From: a virus
Taxonomy: Duplodnaviria; Heunggongvirae; Uroviricota; Caudoviricetes
Reading direction: 5' to 3' (one strand)
Length of the DNA stretch: 10,350 nucleotides
Virus record (IMG/VR): IMGVR_UViG_2617270945_000014
Shown: positions 7,855 to 10,350 of the stretch, one piece after another
Layout: every line of letters starts with the position of its first letter
Numbering within the stretch: position 1 is the stretch's first letter
Notes under the pieces: model-generated
Told to the model about the DNA's origin: nothing
The model's database searches: none
The model's input: the letters and a program-made list of their open reading frames with translations, nothing else
Position numbers and translations under genes: made by a program

Positions 7855-7930
7855 TACCCACAGGTAAACAAAAGTCAATACCCATAGGTTGTTTACCTTG
7901 CGGTAATCGCATCTATTATTTACCTATGGA
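7855..7930. promoter_or_regulatory. Divergent promoter/operator region between the cro-like and repressor genes (OR-like)
   Basis: Three copies of a 12-bp dyad motif: TACCCACAGGTA (7855-7866), TACCCATAGGTT (7879-7890) and TACCTATGGA (7921-7930, overlapping the repressor ATG). There is also a perfect 10-bp inverted repeat, AGGTAAACAA (7862-7871) / TTGTTTACCT (7889-7898). Confidence 0.65.
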
Positions 7931-8345
7931 CAAATATGAATTTAGACGACAGCAACTCATCAAAATTCGTGATGAGAAATGCGATGGTAAAGCGGTTAAC
8001 GTGGCCAGAAAGATCGGGCGCGAGCCTTCTTATGTATCAAGAATGTTGTACCCAGAGGGGAAAAAGGGAAAAAAACGGATCGCTGATGATATGGTGGAGA
8101 TTATCGAAGAGTCCTTTGGGTTACCCCGGGGATGGATGGATGGTATCGTTTCATCATCAACGAACACAGCCTCCAGTTATGAAACAAGGGTTCTAACGCC
8201 ACGACAACGTATTTTTTTAGATCTCTTAGACGAACTGCCAGAAAGTGAAGCGGATAAATTATTAAAAACTCTTGAAGAGAAAAAACAGTATTACAATATG
8301 ATCTACGAAGAAATCCGTAAAAAGAAAGCACAAAACGCATCATAG
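7926..8345 (+). CDS. Prophage repressor, DicA/RacR-like HTH protein (no S24 peptidase domain)
   Basis: 139-aa ORF divergent from the cro-like gene. It has an N-terminal HTH-like region, and its C-terminal LPESE…LL motif resembles DicA (…LPESEQ…) as recalled. No Shine-Dalgarno sequence precedes the ATG, so the mRNA may be leaderless. Confidence 0.7.
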   Translation: MDKYEFRRQQLIKIRDEKCDGKAVNVARKIGREPSYVSRMLYPEGKKGKKRIADDMVEIIEESFGLPRGWMDGIVSSSTNTASSYETRVLTPRQRIFLDLLDELPESEADKLLKTLEEKKQYYNMIYEEIRKKKAQNAS

Positions 8346-8385
8346 CTCACCAAACAACTAGTCACCAGTTAAGACACCGCAAAAA

Positions 8386-8426
8386 TTTACCCATGGGTAT
8401 TTACTTTTTAAATACCTATGGGTATC
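8386..8426. promoter_or_regulatory. Second operator cluster (OL-like) downstream of the repressor gene
   Basis: The perfect palindrome TACCCATGGGTA (8388-8399) and TACCTATGGGTA (8413-8424) lie 25 bp centre-to-centre, the same motif and spacing as in the OR-like region. Confidence 0.6.
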
Positions 8427-8610
8427 CTTCTTTTCATACCAACCCACCCCGCCCCACAGAATGCAGGGCAATACTTCGAGTTACCAGGCAGTGGTCAGGG
8501 GTTAAGTAGCCAGCCCGAGGCGTAAGAACATGACGGCAGGGTTCAACTTTAATAACTATGCAGCAGGTTTTTGTTCCGCTACCCCGGCGTTAAGGGGAAA
8601 TGAGGTCAGC

Positions 8611-8763
8611 ATGGATACTATCGATCTTGGCAACAGCGAATCTCTGGTATGTGGCGTGTTCCCCAACCAGGACGGTACGTTCACCGCGATGACGTATACC
8701 AGAAGCAAAACGTTTAAAACTGAAGCTGGCGCGCGTCGCTGGTTAACCAGAAACACTGACTGA
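8611..8763 (+). CDS. DUF1391 small protein (YdfA/YdaF-like), first gene of the early-left operon
   Basis: 50-aa product MDTIDLGNSESLVCGVFPNQDGTFTAMTYTRSKTFKTEAGARRWLTRNTD, preceded by GAGG 5 nt upstream. The longer 77-aa ORF from 8530 lacks a Shine-Dalgarno sequence. Sequence and position match YdfA/YdaF as recalled. Confidence 0.7.
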   Translation: MDTIDLGNSESLVCGVFPNQDGTFTAMTYTRSKTFKTEAGARRWLTRNTD

Positions 8764-8774
8764 TGAGGTTGACG

Positions 8775-9095
8775 ATGGAATTTAAAGATTTACCAGTACC
8801 ATTCCAGGAAATGGCATCGAATGTGGTTCGCTCTCAACTGGCGACTCTTGACCTGAGTACCGTAGAAAAAGAAACCATCGACAATATATCCGGTAACGTA
8901 CGCCGAGCCTTTATCGGGCTGTACGAAGAGAAGCAGCTCTCTGATAACCAGGATTTACATGAAAAATACTTCCTGGATCTAATGGACATCATTGATAAGG
9001 GGTTTGGCTTGTTAATGAAAAAGAAAGGGATTCGAATAGAACCCCTTGAAAATTACTTTGCAACAAAAAGCATTAATTCTTTTGATTCAAAATAA
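8775..9095 (+). CDS. Hypothetical protein, 106 aa, in a low-GC cassette (alternative start 8763)
   Basis: ORF in a markedly AT-rich block. GAGG lies 6 nt upstream of ATG 8775, and the alternative ATG 8763 overlaps the upstream stop (TGATG). Acidic/Lys-rich composition; no recognisable motif. Confidence 0.5.
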   Translation: MEFKDLPVPFQEMASNVVRSQLATLDLSTVEKETIDNISGNVRRAFIGLYEEKQLSDNQDLHEKYFLDLMDIIDKGFGLLMKKKGIRIEPLENYFATKSINSFDSK

Positions 9096-9348
9096 GAGAA
9101 TTAATTACAGACTTAACATGCTCTTTCTCATGATTGAAGCTCTCATGATTGAAAGTGCCGGGTTGAAGCGAGTCGATATAATCAACAAGACTCTGTCGTA
9201 CGACTTCATTTTTATCCATAACAGATGCAAGAAATGAAATTGCTAAAAGAGTTATATCACTACGCGCCGCAGCATGTTGCAATGCTTTATCAAAATTATT
9301 AATCTGGCGTATCAGGGAGTTAATGATTTCATCATTTTCAGTCGACAT
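9073..9348 (-). CDS. Hypothetical protein, 91 aa, convergent with the 106-aa ORF
   Basis: Strong AGGAGG Shine-Dalgarno sequence 5 nt upstream of ATG 9348. AT-rich coding region; 3' ends overlap the + strand ORF by 23 nt. The upstream in-frame extension to 9561 is GC-rich, Arg-rich and begins with TTG, so it is judged non-coding. Confidence 0.55.
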   Translation of the reverse strand: MSTENDEIINSLIRQINNFDKALQHAAARSDITLLAISFLASVMDKNEVVRQSLVDYIDSLQPGTFNHESFNHEKEHVKSVINSLILNQKN

Positions 9349-9683
9349 TTCACCCTCCTGAGGGTTGGTGATTAAGGAGTTCTCCACGGGTGAGGTGGAG
9401 TGCGTGCGCCGGACACGGGTGAGCATCCGGCACTGACAGTTTACTGAAAGGATATTTCCCTGAAAAGTCAGACCATAACGCGAAAGCGCCCGGCGAGGTA
9501 GCTGGTTCATAGATAGCCTGTCGTTAAATTTTCGTCGACCGTGCGTTTCCGGTTGTGGCAATCCGCGAAATGGCGCGGCGGTAAGTATGGCGGGGTTATT
9601 CCTTCCCCCGTTGAGGACACCGGGTTGTCAGGTTGACCATACGCTTAAGTGACAACCCCGCTGCAACGCCCTCTGTTATCAAT

Positions 9684-9741
9684 TTTCTGGTGACGTTTGG
9701 CGGTATCAGTTTTACTCCGTGACTGCTCTGCCGCCCTTTTT
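9684..9741 (+). ncRNA. dicF: DicF small RNA (ftsZ-targeting sRNA of Qin/Kim-type prophages); 5' end approximate
   Basis: Sequence TTTCTGGTGACGTTTGGCGGTATCAGTTTTACTCCGTGACTGCTCTGCCGCCCTTTTT matches DicF as recalled. It ends in an intrinsic terminator and lies immediately upstream of dicB, as in K-12. Confidence 0.75.
9699..9741 (+). terminator. Intrinsic terminator forming the DicF 3' end
   Basis: GGCGG (9699-9703) … CCGCC (9731-9735) stem, followed by TTTTT (9737-9741). Confidence 0.65.
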
Positions 9742-9910
9742 AAAGTGAATTTTGTGATGTGGTGAATGCGGCTGAGCGCACGCGGAACAGTTAAAACCAA
9801 AAACAGTGTTATGGGTGGATTCTCTGTATCCGGCGTTAATTGTTAACTGGTTAACGTCACCTGGAGGCACCAGGCACCGCATCACAAAACTCATTGTTGA
9901 GGGCGCGATA

Positions 9911-10099
9911 ATGAAAACGTTATTACCAAACGTTAATACGTCTGAAGGTTGTTTTGAAATTGGTGTCACTATCAGTAACCCTGTATTTACTGAAGATGCC
10001 ATTAACAAGAGAAAACACGAACGGGAGCTATTAAATAAAATATGCATTCTTTCAATGCTGGCCCGTTTACGTCCGATACAAAAAGGATGCTGGCAATGA
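9911..10099 (+). CDS. dicB: Cell-division inhibitor DicB (MinC-dependent)
   Basis: 62-aa product MKTLLPNVNTSEGCFEIGVTISNPVFTEDAINKRKHERELLNKICILSMLARLRPIQKGCWQ, matching DicB as recalled. GAGGG lies 8 nt upstream of the ATG. Confidence 0.85.
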   Translation: MKTLLPNVNTSEGCFEIGVTISNPVFTEDAINKRKHERELLNKICILSMLARLRPIQKGCWQ

Positions 10100-10287
10100 A
10101 TACAGCATTTGCACTTGTTCTGACAGTTTTTCTTGTTTCCGGAGAGCCAGTTGATATTGCAGTCAGTGTTCACAGGACAATGCAGGAGTGTATGACTGCA
10201 GCAACCGAACAGAAAATTCCCGGTAACTGTTACCCGGTCGATAAAGTTATTCACCAGGATAATATCGAAATCCCGGCAGGTCTTTAA
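10096..10287 (+). CDS. ydfD: YdfD-like small lysis-associated membrane protein (63 aa)
   Basis: MNTAFALVLTVFLVSGEPVDIAVSVHRTMQECMTAATEQKIPGNCYPVDKVIHQDNIEIPAGL with an N-terminal transmembrane helix. Its start overlaps the dicB stop (ATGA at 10096-10099), and AAGGA lies 9 nt upstream. Confidence 0.75.
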   Translation: MNTAFALVLTVFLVSGEPVDIAVSVHRTMQECMTAATEQKIPGNCYPVDKVIHQDNIEIPAGL

Positions 10288-10350
10288 AACAGTTCCGTAA
10301 TAAATATCCGGTTTCATTCTTATATGCCAGCAATGGCAGGGATTTGTTCA

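Noticed and set aside
8530-8610. Longer 77-aa form of the DUF1391 ORF
   Set aside because: No Shine-Dalgarno sequence before 8530, whereas the internal ATG 8611 has one and yields the expected ~50-aa DUF1391 protein.
9349-9561. N-terminal extension making the minus-strand gene 162 aa
   Set aside because: The extension starts with TTG, is GC- and Arg-rich unlike the AT-rich body, and a strong AGGAGG Shine-Dalgarno sequence sits directly before the internal ATG at 9348.
9349-9683. Possible retron msr/msd or type III toxin-antitoxin RNA in the GC-rich non-coding block
   Set aside because: There is no adjacent reverse transcriptase and no tandem short-repeat array. The hairpins and single 10-bp direct repeat are better explained as the DicF precursor leader.
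9712-10317. 201-aa minus-strand ORF
   Set aside because: Antisense to dicB and ydfD, which are recognisable by sequence. Cys/His-rich, non-protein-like composition.
1-10350. CRISPR array, tRNA or rRNA genes
   Set aside because: No regularly spaced repeat-spacer pattern and no tRNA-like or rRNA-like sequence noticed by eye; a proper tRNA scan was not run.
10324-10350. ATG at 10324 that could begin the next operon gene (ydfE-like)
   Set aside because: Only 27 nt lie within the window, too little to support a call.

Overview
The window reads as a mosaic lambdoid (Rac/Qin-like) enterobacterial prophage segment with an IS66-family insertion sequence at its left edge. All calls rest on reading the sequence and on recalled family sequences; no database search was run. 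From left to right: (1) a complete-looking IS66-family element (1-2541) with three + strand ORFs, inserted into the 3' end of a minus-strand gene; (2) an intrinsic terminator and a Hok/Gef type I toxin gene (HokD/RelF-like); (3) a QueH-like (DUF208) gene sitting where relBE lies in K-12 Qin; (4) a minus-strand early-right operon: Cro-like YdaS, YdaT-like, lambda-O-like initiator with internal 30-bp-period iterons, DnaC-like loader, a 256-aa tandem winged-helix protein and a Ren-like protein; (5) a divergent DicA/RacR-like repressor flanked on both sides by a repeated 12-bp palindrome; (6) a + strand early-left operon: DUF1391 (YdfA/YdaF-like), then a low-GC cassette of two convergent unknown ORFs, a GC-rich leader, the DicF sRNA with its terminator, DicB and YdfD. 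The best candidates for undescribed biology are the low-GC two-ORF cassette at 8764-9348 (occupying the ydfB/ydfC or sieB slot) and the QueH-like gene upstream of hok.
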